NCBI GenBank assembly: GCA_963664705.1 | Contig: OY761556.1 | Location: 832,001 to 896,000 of the forward strand | Direction: 5' to 3' | Source: Acidobacteriota bacterium | GTDB lineage: Bacteria > Acidobacteriota > UBA6911 | DNA length: 64,000 bases | Part shown: positions 10,297 through 19,798 of the stretch, piece after piece | How the letters are laid out: every line of letters begins with the position of its first letter | How positions within the stretch are numbered: the stretch's first letter is position 1 | Position numbers and translations under genes: made by a program | Notes under the pieces: generated by a model | Told to the model about the DNA's origin: nothing | What the model saw: the letters and a program-made list of their open reading frames with translations, nothing else | The model's database searches: none

Positions 10297-10635
10297 GGGA
10301 TTCCTTGGTGGCCGCAACGTAGTCAGGTTTCCTTCTGCATGCAAAGGCCGAAGGCAAGTGACCGTTTCCAAAAGCCGGGATGTACCGCACACAGGCATGG
10401 TGCGGGTCGATCTCTTCTTTGCTTATCGTCAGAAATATCTCCGTAGTGCCTCCTCCTGTTTTTCACAAGACCAGAACTAATAGATTCGGAATTATTCATG
10501 CATTTTTATTGCGTTTTTATTGGAACTATTTGTTGCACGTCAGCCACCATGCGCAATATTATCAGTCAACACTCTCGGGTTTTTCCTGACACACAGATTT
10601 ACGGCAGCTGATATCGCTGATGTGGGGGTTGCAGG

Positions 10636-11295
10636 GTGCCAACGGCAGACGAATGGATTGATCAGTTTGAGTTGGCGTTGTTGGCTATGGATTCGATGGA
10701 AGCCCGGCAACTTATTCACAGCGCTGGTGCAATGCTTTCTCCTGTTCAGATCGTGGACAGCATCATTGTGCCTGCGCTTGAGCGCATCGGGGCCAGGTGG
10801 GAACGCGGCGAGGCTGCGCTTTCACAAGTCTATATGAGCGGCCGAATCTGCGAGCCGCTGGTAAGCAATCTCCTGCCCATCGACAGCCACGATCGAAAGG
10901 ATAAACCGATTGTGGGGGTTACCGTCCTGGAAGATTTTCATGTATTGGGAAAAAATCTGGTTCTGTCCGCCCTGCGTGCGAGCGGATTCAATCCGCTCGA
11001 TCTTGGACGAACCGATGTAGGGCAGCTCATCCAGACTGTGATTGCTGAAAATGTGAAGGTGCTGCTCATATCCACCCTCATGCTTCCATCGGCGCTCCGT
11101 GTGCGCGATGTATGCAACGGACTGAAAGCGGCAGGATACCGGGCAAAGATCGCCGTTGGCGGCGCGCCATTTCGCTTTGATCCGGAGTTGTGGCGTGAAG
11201 TAGGCGCCGATGCCGGAGGGCGCAGTGCCGGCGAAGCTATCACGATCACGCGCGAATTGATACAGGCCGTGGAAAGGATGGAGACTACAACGTGA
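10636..11295 (+). CDS. corrinoid (cobalamin)-binding protein, MtaC/MttC-like
   Basis: Cap helices (PALERIGARWERGE), DxHxxG motif EDFHVLGKNLV, STL and VGGAPF motifs. Confidence 0.9.
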   Translation: MPTADEWIDQFELALLAMDSMEARQLIHSAGAMLSPVQIVDSIIVPALERIGARWERGEAALSQVYMSGRICEPLVSNLLPIDSHDRKDKPIVGVTVLEDFHVLGKNLVLSALRASGFNPLDLGRTDVGQLIQTVIAENVKVLLISTLMLPSALRVRDVCNGLKAAGYRAKIAVGGAPFRFDPELWREVGADAGGRSAGEAITITRELIQAVERMETTT

Positions 11296-12356
11296 CTGTG
11301 CCCGCAGCAACAGCGATGGAACGGATCATGATCAGCATGAGTCATCGGGAGCCGGACCGGGTTCCGTTTGTCATCTCGGCCACAATGCTGGGTGCTCGCG
11401 AACTGGGTCTTTCGATAAAAGAGTATTACTCAAGAGCCGAAAACATCGTTGAAGGCCAGTTGCGCATTTTAGCCAAATATCGACATGATGCCCTGATTGC
11501 CAGTTTTTATGGCGCCTTGGAAATAGAAGCCTGGGGAGGAGAAACGATATTTCGCGAAGACGGCCCTCCCAATGCCGGCGCTCCGATCATTTCCCGTCCG
11601 GAGCAGATTGTTGATCTCACGCCCCCGCGAGTTGAGGAATCCCCGCGGCTCACCGAAGCACTTAAGGTTATTCAGCGGCTGAAAGACAAAGTGGGAGATT
11701 CCATCCCGATCATGGGCGCGGTTAATTCCCCGTTTTCTCTTCCCGTCATGCAGATGGGATTTGAAGCTTATCTGAGCCTGATGCATGAACGTCCCGATCT
11801 GTTCAACCGGTTGATGGCAGTGAATGAGGAATTCTGCGTTGCCTGGGCAAATGCACAGATTTTGGCAGGCGCAACGGCCGTCGGCTATGCGGACCCGGTT
11901 TCTTCCCCGACGATTATTCCGCGCGAAATGTATCTTCAAACAGGGTATCAGGTAGCCAGGCGCGTTATCCCCCAGATTAGAGGAGGTGTTGCGACGCATT
12001 TTGCCTCCGGCAACTGTTTGTCCATTCTTGGCGATGTTGCGGAGACGGGCACCATTGCAGTCGGAGTCAGCGCCTTGGAATGCCTGACGGATCTCAAGGC
12101 GGCCTGTCGCGGCCGGTTGGCTGTAATGGGGAATCTCAATGCCATTGCCATGAGACACTGGTCAGCAGAAAAGGCAGTCGATGAGGTGAAAAATGCCATC
12201 GCCGAAGGTGGGCCGGGAGGAGGATATATCCTGTCGGACAACCATGGCGAAATTCCCTGGCAGGTATCCGATGACATTCTGCATGTTATTGCCGATGCTG
12301 TTCATACTTGGGGGTCTTATCCACTAAATTGGATTTCGAAGGAAGCAATGGAATGA
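11292..12356 (+). CDS. uroporphyrinogen decarboxylase-fold protein (MtaA/CmuA methyltransferase-like)
   Basis: ERI...EPDRVP N-terminus, SPFSL, MGNLN, GGYILS...EIP C-terminus; GTGA overlap with corrinoid gene. Confidence 0.85.
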   Translation: MTVPAATAMERIMISMSHREPDRVPFVISATMLGARELGLSIKEYYSRAENIVEGQLRILAKYRHDALIASFYGALEIEAWGGETIFREDGPPNAGAPIISRPEQIVDLTPPRVEESPRLTEALKVIQRLKDKVGDSIPIMGAVNSPFSLPVMQMGFEAYLSLMHERPDLFNRLMAVNEEFCVAWANAQILAGATAVGYADPVSSPTIIPREMYLQTGYQVARRVIPQIRGGVATHFASGNCLSILGDVAETGTIAVGVSALECLTDLKAACRGRLAVMGNLNAIAMRHWSAEKAVDEVKNAIAEGGPGGGYILSDNHGEIPWQVSDDILHVIADAVHTWGSYPLNWISKEAME

Positions 12357-13627
12357 CTTTTCCTTCCAGTGAAAATGGGGGCGCACTCGATCTGCAGAGA
12401 AGGCTGGCCGATTCAGTCATGGTACTGGATCTGCTGGGGACACTGCCCGAATTGATGGATGAAGACAGGGTGGTGGGCTTGATTCAGGATTTGTTTGTGA
12501 TGCTGTGTGCTCCCTCCCAGATTTATTACATTTCCTCCGGCAACGACAGTTCCCTCTATCCCTCCGGCGGCAATGCCAGCCGCGAGCTTCGCGAGTTCCT
12601 GTCTTGCAACAATGGCTCTCATGCATGGACGGCTTCCGGCAACGGATTCATTGTGAGATTCATGCGCGCGGGGACAACGCTGGGTGCAATGGAGGTCGAG
12701 GGCGTCGCGTTCCCGCAATACAAGACTCACTATCTCAATCTTGCCTTAACGGTTGCGCAGGTGTGCAGCCTGGCAATTCAGAATGCACGGACCTACCGAC
12801 AACTGAATGCCGCGTTAGCGGCGCGGGAGAAAGCGGAGCGCGAAGTCCGGTCGTTAAATGAGGACCTCCGGTCACAGATTCATCAGGTGGAGATTGCCAA
12901 TCGGGAGCTGGACTCCTTTGCGCATGCCGTTTCTCACGATCTGCGGGCACCCTTGCGGGCAATACATGGCTTCAGTGAAGCTCTGATTGAAGATTATGGC
13001 GGCGTCCTGCCGCCCGGAGCGCAGGAACAGGTGACACAAATCGTTTCAGCCACCGGCAACATGAGCGAACTCATCCAGGGTTTGCTGACCTTGTCTCGCA
13101 ACAGTCGTGGTGAAATGAAGCAGGGCGTAGTTGATCTGTCAATGCTCGCTGAGCGTATTCGCGATGAACTCAGTGCCTCCGATCCAGGTCGCCGAGCTAT
13201 TTGGACCATTGACCCCGGTGCCAGCGTGCTGGGAGATGCCCGCATGATGGAGGTGATGCTGTCCAACCTCATTGGAAACGCCTGGAAATATTCGATGAAA
13301 TGCGACGAGGCACGGATTTCTTTTGGCATTGCGGAGGAAATGCCCGGAGCACAATTTCAAGCGCTATCCTCCGGGCGGAGGTGCACGCAGTTTTATGTGC
13401 GGGACAATGGTGCGGGTTTTGACATGAAGCATGCCGCAAAATTGTTCCAACCCTTCCACCGTTTGCACCGGGATGAAGAATTTCCGGGATTGGGCCTGGG
13501 GCTTGCGACTGTGCAGCGGATCGTACATCGTCACGGAGGCGACGTTTCGGCTGTCTCGAGCCCGGGCCAGGGAACAACCGTCTACTTCACTTTGCCATCC
13601 GCACAAGAGGAGAACACACTGCCATAG
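12353..13627 (+). CDS. sensor histidine kinase (Cph1-like kinase core) with GAF-like N-terminal domain
   Basis: H-box VSHDLRAPL, NAWKY, VRDNGAGFD, FHRLH...GLGLGL; start set at the ATG overlapping the upstream TGA (ATGA). Confidence 0.9.
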   Translation: MTFPSSENGGALDLQRRLADSVMVLDLLGTLPELMDEDRVVGLIQDLFVMLCAPSQIYYISSGNDSSLYPSGGNASRELREFLSCNNGSHAWTASGNGFIVRFMRAGTTLGAMEVEGVAFPQYKTHYLNLALTVAQVCSLAIQNARTYRQLNAALAAREKAEREVRSLNEDLRSQIHQVEIANRELDSFAHAVSHDLRAPLRAIHGFSEALIEDYGGVLPPGAQEQVTQIVSATGNMSELIQGLLTLSRNSRGEMKQGVVDLSMLAERIRDELSASDPGRRAIWTIDPGASVLGDARMMEVMLSNLIGNAWKYSMKCDEARISFGIAEEMPGAQFQALSSGRRCTQFYVRDNGAGFDMKHAAKLFQPFHRLHRDEEFPGLGLGLATVQRIVHRHGGDVSAVSSPGQGTTVYFTLPSAQEENTLP

Positions 13628-13755
13628 ATCGTTTCAGCTTGTGCTGGTGTTCCTGAGGTTGCCAAAGGAAAGACGCGGAAACAATTGGCGTGAGGCAGCG
13701 GCCCAATGCAAAGTTTCGCAGATCCGTTCATCCACAACTGTAGTGTGGCAATAGG

Positions 13756-16700
13756 ATGACTTGCATGAGCAAAATGCTGAAATTTTTGGTTCTTGAGGAT
13801 TCTCAGTCAGATTTTCTGCTCATTGAACGGCATCTGAAGAAGAATGGCGTGGAGGCTTTGTGCCGACGCATAGAGGATTGGGCGGGACTGGAAGCGGCAA
13901 TTGGTGAAGGAGGCTGGGACCTTGTCATTTCGGACTACAATCTGCCGGGGATGGATTTTTACGAAATCCTGAATGCGCATCGGCTGCGCCAGCCGGAGAT
14001 CCCGTTTGTTTTGGTCTCTGGCAGCGTGGGTGAGGAGTCCGCCGTTGATTTGCTCAAACTGGGCGTGTCCTATTTTGTTCTTAAGGACAATCTGGTCCGG
14101 CTGAAGCCTGCCATCGAACGGAGCCTTCAAGATGCCGCCGATCGCAAAGCCCGGATTGAAGCAGAATCCGCATTGCGGGAGAGTGAAGAGCGCTATCGCA
14201 CCATTTTTGAAAATGCTCGCGATGGCATGGTCGTGGCGGATTCCGAAACCGGGATCATCCTGGATTGCAACCAGGCTCTCTGCCGCATGGCTGAAAGGGA
14301 AAAGCAGGAAATCGTTGGGAACCTGCAGTCGTTTCTACATCCTCCCCGGGATCTTGTCGATGGCAAGTCTCCCACCTTCCGCGAGCACCGATTCAACCCG
14401 TCCATCGTTTTGGAGGACGAGCTTCTTTCCAAGAGCGGGAAGAGAATCCCGGTGGAGATACGCGGCGCCCGCATCAACATTGGAGGGCGGGACTGCATGG
14501 TGGGCATTTTCTGTGATATCACCGAGCGGCGGCTGGCGGAACAGACCGTTCGGGATATGAACCGCAAGCTTTCGCGTGCCCAGCGGATTGCCCATATCGG
14601 CGACTGGGAAGACCATCTGCCCACAGGAGAATTGCATTGGTCGGAGGAAATGTATCAGATTTTTGGCTTCCCTCCGGGAATGCCGGTGACGCTTGCCGAT
14701 GCGGCTCGTCTGTTTCCTCCCGACGAGCAGGTACGATTCCGGAAGGCGGTGGAGGATGCCGTAAGCGGGCGTACGCCTTATTCCATGGACTATCGCATTA
14801 TCAGGCCCGACGGCTCTACTCGGTATATCCACGATGAAGGCGAAATCGCCCGCGACGAAGCGGGGAATGCATCCTGGATGTATGGGACGACTCAAGACAT
14901 AACGGAGAGAATGCAGTCTGAGGCGGCATTGCGCGAAAGTGAGATGTGGTACCGGACCTTGTTTGAAAGCTCTCGCGAAGCGATCATGACCATTTCTCCG
15001 GAAGACCTCAAATTCAGAAGCGTCAATGCGGCTACCCTGGCGACCTTTGGAGTGCAAAGTGTCCAGGAACTTTTGGCGCTGCGAGTGACCGACCTGTCTC
15101 CGGAACGGCAGCCGGATGGGGAGTTGTCTCAAAACAAAGCGCGACGCTTTGTGGACATGGCGCTGGAGACAGGTTCTCATTTTTTTGAATGGATGCATCA
15201 ACGCATGGATGGGAACCAGTTTCCCGCCGCCGTTCTTCTGACTCGAGTGGAACTGGCCGACGGAGATGTCGCCATTCTAGCAACGGTCCTCGATATTACG
15301 GAGCAGAAACGATCGGAAGCCGAACACGAGCGGCTTTCAACCGCCATTGAGCAGGCGGCAGAACCCATTGTGATCACGGATGCGGAGGCGAAGATACAAT
15401 ACGTCAACCCCGCTTTTACGAGGATCACCGGGTATGCACGGGATGAGGTATATGGCAATAGCCCGAACATCCTCAAAAGCGGGAAGCAGGATGAAGCCTT
15501 TTATCGACGCATGTGGGACACGATCCAGGCGGGACAGACCTGGCAGGGACGCCTGGTCAATCGGCGTAAGGACGGAACGTTCTACACGGAGGATATTACC
15601 ATCTCTCCCGTCTGTGATCAGGCCGGCACTATAACCAATTTTGTGGCCGTCAAAAGAGACATCACGCGGGAACTCAGTCTGGAGGCTCAGTTCCAACAGG
15701 CGCAGAAAATGGAGGCGCTGGGAACACTCGCAGGAGGGATTGCCCACGACTTCAATAACATACTGGGAATCATCCTGGGTTATACGGAACTGGCTGTCTC
15801 GGATTGCGATCATCCCGCCGCGGTCCGCTCTCAGCTCGAGGAGGTGCTTGCCGCTGCGGGCCGGGCCAGGGATCTGGTACAACAGATCCTTACCTTCAGC
15901 AGGCTTAAAGACCAGGAGAAAAAGCCAATCCAGCTCGGGCTTGTTGTAAAAGAAGTGATGAAGATGATGCGTGCCTCCCTGCCGACAACCATTGAGATTC
16001 GAACCAGCGTTGTCTCGAGGGGGGTGATGCGGGGCGACCCCACGCAGATTCACCAGGTATTGATGAATCTGTGCGTGAATGCCGGGCAGGCAATGGGGAA
16101 TCGCGGAGGAATCCTCGATGTAACGCTTCAGGATGTTGAAGACAAAACTGCCCTTCTGTCCTCCCATCCGGACTTGGCGCCCGCATCTTATATGAAGCTC
16201 GTGGTCAAGGATACCGGCCAGGGAATTGATCCGTTCATTATGAATCGCATTTTTGACCCTTTCTTTACCACCAAGTCTCCCGGCACCGGAACGGGTTTGG
16301 GGCTGTCGGTTGTTCACGGAATTGTAAAAAGTCATGGCGGCGCTATTGAGGTGGATAGTATTCCGGACCGTGGAGCTGCTTTCAGCCTTTATTTCCCAAT
16401 GATGGAGGGCTTGGAGTCCTCTGAAACAACGGAAGAGGTGCCCCTGCCTCGCGGGAGAGAGAAGATCCTGATAGTGGATGATGAAGCTTCACTGGCCAAT
16501 GTCATGAAGAAAATGCTGGAGAATCTTGGGTACAACGTTGAATCGTGCACGAGCAGCATCGGGGCTTTGAAAATAATCCGTGAACAAAGCCAAACAGAAC
16601 CTGCATTCGATCTGATCATTACCGATATGACCATGCCGCAGCTCACGGGTGTGGAACTTGCCGGGAAACTGATCGACCTTCAGCCTGATTTGCCGATTCT

Positions 16701-16851
16701 TTTGTGCACGGGGTTCAACGATTCGGTGGATGCCGAAAGGGCCCGGAGAAGCGGGATTCGTGAGATATTATCCAAGCCGTTTGCGGTCAAAGAACTTGCG
16801 AGATCGGTCCGCAAAGTGCTGGATGGACATCGCAATGTAGAGATCCCGTAA
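13756..16851 (+). CDS. REC-multi-PAS hybrid histidine kinase/response regulator
   Basis: N-terminal REC, about four PAS/PAC repeats, H-box IAHDFNNIL, HATPase, C-terminal REC (ITDMTMP). Confidence 0.92.
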   Translation: MTCMSKMLKFLVLEDSQSDFLLIERHLKKNGVEALCRRIEDWAGLEAAIGEGGWDLVISDYNLPGMDFYEILNAHRLRQPEIPFVLVSGSVGEESAVDLLKLGVSYFVLKDNLVRLKPAIERSLQDAADRKARIEAESALRESEERYRTIFENARDGMVVADSETGIILDCNQALCRMAEREKQEIVGNLQSFLHPPRDLVDGKSPTFREHRFNPSIVLEDELLSKSGKRIPVEIRGARINIGGRDCMVGIFCDITERRLAEQTVRDMNRKLSRAQRIAHIGDWEDHLPTGELHWSEEMYQIFGFPPGMPVTLADAARLFPPDEQVRFRKAVEDAVSGRTPYSMDYRIIRPDGSTRYIHDEGEIARDEAGNASWMYGTTQDITERMQSEAALRESEMWYRTLFESSREAIMTISPEDLKFRSVNAATLATFGVQSVQELLALRVTDLSPERQPDGELSQNKARRFVDMALETGSHFFEWMHQRMDGNQFPAAVLLTRVELADGDVAILATVLDITEQKRSEAEHERLSTAIEQAAEPIVITDAEAKIQYVNPAFTRITGYARDEVYGNSPNILKSGKQDEAFYRRMWDTIQAGQTWQGRLVNRRKDGTFYTEDITISPVCDQAGTITNFVAVKRDITRELSLEAQFQQAQKMEALGTLAGGIAHDFNNILGIILGYTELAVSDCDHPAAVRSQLEEVLAAAGRARDLVQQILTFSRLKDQEKKPIQLGLVVKEVMKMMRASLPTTIEIRTSVVSRGVMRGDPTQIHQVLMNLCVNAGQAMGNRGGILDVTLQDVEDKTALLSSHPDLAPASYMKLVVKDTGQGIDPFIMNRIFDPFFTTKSPGTGTGLGLSVVHGIVKSHGGAIEVDSIPDRGAAFSLYFPMMEGLESSETTEEVPLPRGREKILIVDDEASLANVMKKMLENLGYNVESCTSSIGALKIIREQSQTEPAFDLIITDMTMPQLTGVELAGKLIDLQPDLPILLCTGFNDSVDAERARRSGIREILSKPFAVKELARSVRKVLDGHRNVEIP

Positions 16852-16928
16852 TAACCGACGAATGGGTCGGACCTGCTCCCGACCCGCATTGATAGATGCT
16901 TCCGGGGGCTGAAAAATGAGGAGCTTCA

Positions 16929-17825
16929 TTGGCGGCATTGAACCGTGGATATGAATTTCGCAAGCATCTGGGATCCGATGCCGTTGGCGTCCGGTTGATA
17001 GACTACCTGGTTCGCTGCCATTCAGCGTTTACGGAGGCCGAGTGGCTTGAAAGAATTGAGGCGGGGCGAGTGTTTCTCAACAGCGCCCGCGCCAATGCCG
17101 ATGCGGTCCTTCAGACGGGGCACTGTTTAAGCTGGGTCCGTCCTCCCTGGGAGGAACCCCGGGTCCCACTTTCCTTTGCGATTCTGTATTCCGATGATCA
17201 CCTGCTTGGAATTGCGAAACCTTCCGGACTGCCGACGCTTCCCGGCGGCGGCAGTTTTATGGAAAACACGCTTTTATATCGGGTACGCCAGCATTATCCG
17301 GAGGCCAATCCGTTGCACCGGTTGGGACGCGGAACGTCCGGTATTGTTCTGTTCGCACGCAACACTTCCGCGGCTTCCGTCATCTCTCAATCCTGGCTTC
17401 GCGGAACCTTGAAGATCTACCGTGCACTAATCTCTGGCTGCCCTGACGAGGATGAATTTGATATCGACGTGCCTATCGGACCGGTTCCTCATCCCGCCCT
17501 AAAATCGATCTATGCCGCCAATCCCAACGGTAAGCGGGCACACAGTCATGTAAAGGTCCTGACGCGACGTGGCAACCATGCCTTGGTGGATGTCCAGATC
17601 ACTACCGGCAGACCGCACCAGATACGTATTCATCTTGCAGCGGCCGGATACCCTTTATTTGGCGATCCCCTCTATGGGATTGGAGGGGTGCCTGCGGAGA
17701 ACTCGCGCGCCTTGCCCGGGGACCTGGGCTATCTGCTGCATAACAGCGTACTGGGGTTCAGCCATCCCATCACCGGCCGGTGGATTGAGATTGGCTGTAT
17801 CCCGCCTCCCCTATTGCGTCCATAG
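16929..17825 (+). CDS. RluA-family RNA pseudouridine synthase
   Basis: KPSGL, HRLGRGTSG (catalytic Asp of HRLD replaced by Gly), TGRPHQIRIH, GDPLYG. Confidence 0.8.
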   Translation: MAALNRGYEFRKHLGSDAVGVRLIDYLVRCHSAFTEAEWLERIEAGRVFLNSARANADAVLQTGHCLSWVRPPWEEPRVPLSFAILYSDDHLLGIAKPSGLPTLPGGGSFMENTLLYRVRQHYPEANPLHRLGRGTSGIVLFARNTSAASVISQSWLRGTLKIYRALISGCPDEDEFDIDVPIGPVPHPALKSIYAANPNGKRAHSHVKVLTRRGNHALVDVQITTGRPHQIRIHLAAAGYPLFGDPLYGIGGVPAENSRALPGDLGYLLHNSVLGFSHPITGRWIEIGCIPPPLLRP

Positions 17826-17889
17826 CCAAGCGATCTCCGGCGAGTTAAAACCGATAGGCGAAGAAGGCGCGATCTATCCGCTGCCGGGG

Positions 17890-18639
17890 CTAAAAACGAA
17901 TCTGCCTAGTCACAGATTGTCTTCTCTGCGCCTCAGGGAAAATGCTTTCGATGAATGAATGGCTCCAATAGCCGGCGGGGCTCCCGTTGCCAATATTAAA
18001 AGTGGATGTGGCTCGGACCAGGTAGGAATGTCCGGCCGCAAACTCGGGGTAATCCTTCCGGATATCTTCCTGGCGAATAAAGATTCTTAAATTACTGCGC
18101 TCATCCAAATAATAGGCAGATGCATGCAGCCGCATTAGCTTTGCATTCGGAGTTGTCTGCAGAATATCGAATTGCAGGATGTAACTGCCGCCGGAACTGC
18201 CGGTGAAAGTCGGGAGGATATCGTAATCGCGTCCATTCCCGTTGCGCTCAATCCGAAAATCGCGCAGCTGTACTGGATCCAGGGAATGGTTGCGCCTTTT
18301 CTGCTCCAGTTCTGTACGGTCGGCGGCAGACCCCTCTTCGACCAGTTTCAGGCATTGATCCGGGGAATAACCCCAACTTGAAGCAAAAAGGGAATGCCTC
18401 TGAATGACTTTCCGGCAAAGAGATTTGTCTCGAAATTGAACCGCGGCCTGCTGAAAACATTCAGACCGGATATAAAAAGATCGATAGCCTGCGGGATTGA
18501 AATACAGTCCCCCACGGTATTCGGAAGGATCGATAACTTCGCATTTCCGGATGGCATTGGTGCGCAGGGATTCATAGTCAGCTCCCCATGCATAGGTTGT
18601 AGAGATAGCGATGAGGAAAGTGGCGAGCCCGATTTTCAC
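17890..18639 (-). CDS. hypothetical exported protein
   Basis: Signal-peptide-like N-terminus MKIGLATFLIAISTTYAWG; 4-nt overlap with upstream thioesterase; no recognised domain. Confidence 0.65.
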   Translation of the reverse strand: MKIGLATFLIAISTTYAWGADYESLRTNAIRKCEVIDPSEYRGGLYFNPAGYRSFYIRSECFQQAAVQFRDKSLCRKVIQRHSLFASSWGYSPDQCLKLVEEGSAADRTELEQKRRNHSLDPVQLRDFRIERNGNGRDYDILPTFTGSSGGSYILQFDILQTTPNAKLMRLHASAYYLDERSNLRIFIRQEDIRKDYPEFAAGHSYLVRATSTFNIGNGSPAGYWSHSFIESIFPEAQRRQSVTRQIRF

Positions 18640-19094
18640 GGCTGTTCCTTTGTCCGATCGGTTGAAGGGCGTTCCTCAATAGCTTTGAGAAAGGCAGCCG
18701 GAATTGGGACGCTTTTTCGATCTTCGTAGTTGTAGGTCGCAAGCCCAACTTCCACGAGAGCGATTAGCGTGGCTTCCCTCTTGACGCGGTGGAACATCCG
18801 AAATCGTTTCTCCTCGATTTCATCGATGTGTGTTTCGATGCAAAGATTGTCAAACAGGAACGCTTCGGCTCTATAGTTGACGGTCAGGTCCGTGATGATA
18901 ATACCCGTCTGTCCGTCCCCCAGATCCGTTTCGCTGAGACCGAGACCGCGAAACAGATAGGCCCTTGCGGTTCCGATCAGCGAGATCAGATTGTCGTTGC
19001 CCAAATGGCCGCCATAGTTGATGTCCTGAGGCCTGGTACAGATCGTGAAATGGAATTCATATGCTTCCTGTTCGGCAAGTTTCGTTCGCGGCAT
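18636..19094 (-). CDS. acyl-CoA thioesterase (hotdog/4HBT family)
   Basis: RPQDINYGGHLGND motif; start moved to MPRTKL. Confidence 0.85.
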   Translation of the reverse strand: MPRTKLAEQEAYEFHFTICTRPQDINYGGHLGNDNLISLIGTARAYLFRGLGLSETDLGDGQTGIIITDLTVNYRAEAFLFDNLCIETHIDEIEEKRFRMFHRVKREATLIALVEVGLATYNYEDRKSVPIPAAFLKAIEERPSTDRTKEQP

Positions 19095-19205
19095 AGGGCT
19101 TTCGAATGGAATCCTTATTAGGCAATCATCTCTTCGAGTCTTGGAGCTCTTGCGGCATGCGCTGGAGCCTCCAAGACTCATAGCAGAAAAGCTCTCGACA
19201 GACTC

Positions 19206-19619
19206 TTAGAGTTCGTGGGGCCCTCTGTAGTTTTTGTCGGTGGCGGTCGCAAAATGAAAGACCGGGCGGTCCAATTTTTTCAGGATCAAAGGGCAATGCT
19301 GGATTCCCGGAGGGACAAAAATCACGCAGCTCTTGGTAATGAGGTGCGGTTCGTTGCCGATCCAAAACTCAATCTGTCCACCCAGGTCGGTCGGGTCAGC
19401 CGGATTTGATCCAAAAAATGTTACGACTTCTCCGAAGTCATGCGTATGACCTTTGTCAACGACGACAACCTCTTTGGGCTGCGGCCAGAACCACGCGCAA
19501 TCAACATAGGGTGCGCCTTCGAATACTCCACCATTCAAGCAATAGACTCGTGTCCCCAAAGCATCCGGGACCTTATTCAGATCAGTGATGATGTATTTCC
19601 CGTATTGCGTATCAGCCAT
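19206..19619 (-). CDS. hypothetical cupin-like protein
   Basis: HTHDFGE...FVPPGIQHCPL metal-ligand pattern; RBS GGAGG. Confidence 0.7.
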   Translation of the reverse strand: MADTQYGKYIITDLNKVPDALGTRVYCLNGGVFEGAPYVDCAWFWPQPKEVVVVDKGHTHDFGEVVTFFGSNPADPTDLGGQIEFWIGNEPHLITKSCVIFVPPGIQHCPLILKKLDRPVFHFATATDKNYRGPHEL

Positions 19620-19760
19620 GTTTCAATGCCTCCTCGAATGTTTATCGAAGTCATGAAGAATTGCCGGGCTGCAATTTCAACAGGCATTATATGCGGCCGA
19701 AGACCGGACCTGATATTGAATTCGCTTTTTATGCGGGGGATTGTCGGGCGGATGATTCCG

Positions 19761-19790
19761 TGAAGGTCGTGGCTCCGGCCACGACCTTCA
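19761..19790. terminator. perfect 13-bp hairpin downstream of biotin carrier gene
   Basis: TGAAGGTCGTGGC-TCCG-GCCACGACCTTCA; no U-tract. Confidence 0.45.
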
Positions 19791-19798
19791 GTGCTGCA

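Noticed and set aside
10520-10537. Sigma-54 promoter (TTGGAACTATTTGTTGCA) upstream of the corrinoid operon
   Set aside because: Spacing is GG-N11-GC rather than the required N10
11292-12356. Annotation as hemE (uroporphyrinogen decarboxylase)
   Set aside because: Lacks the RQAGR signature and sits beside a corrinoid protein, not heme genes
13625-13755. Amber read-through or fusion between the kinase and the downstream hybrid kinase
   Set aside because: An in-frame TGA follows within 22 codons, and both genes are complete on their own
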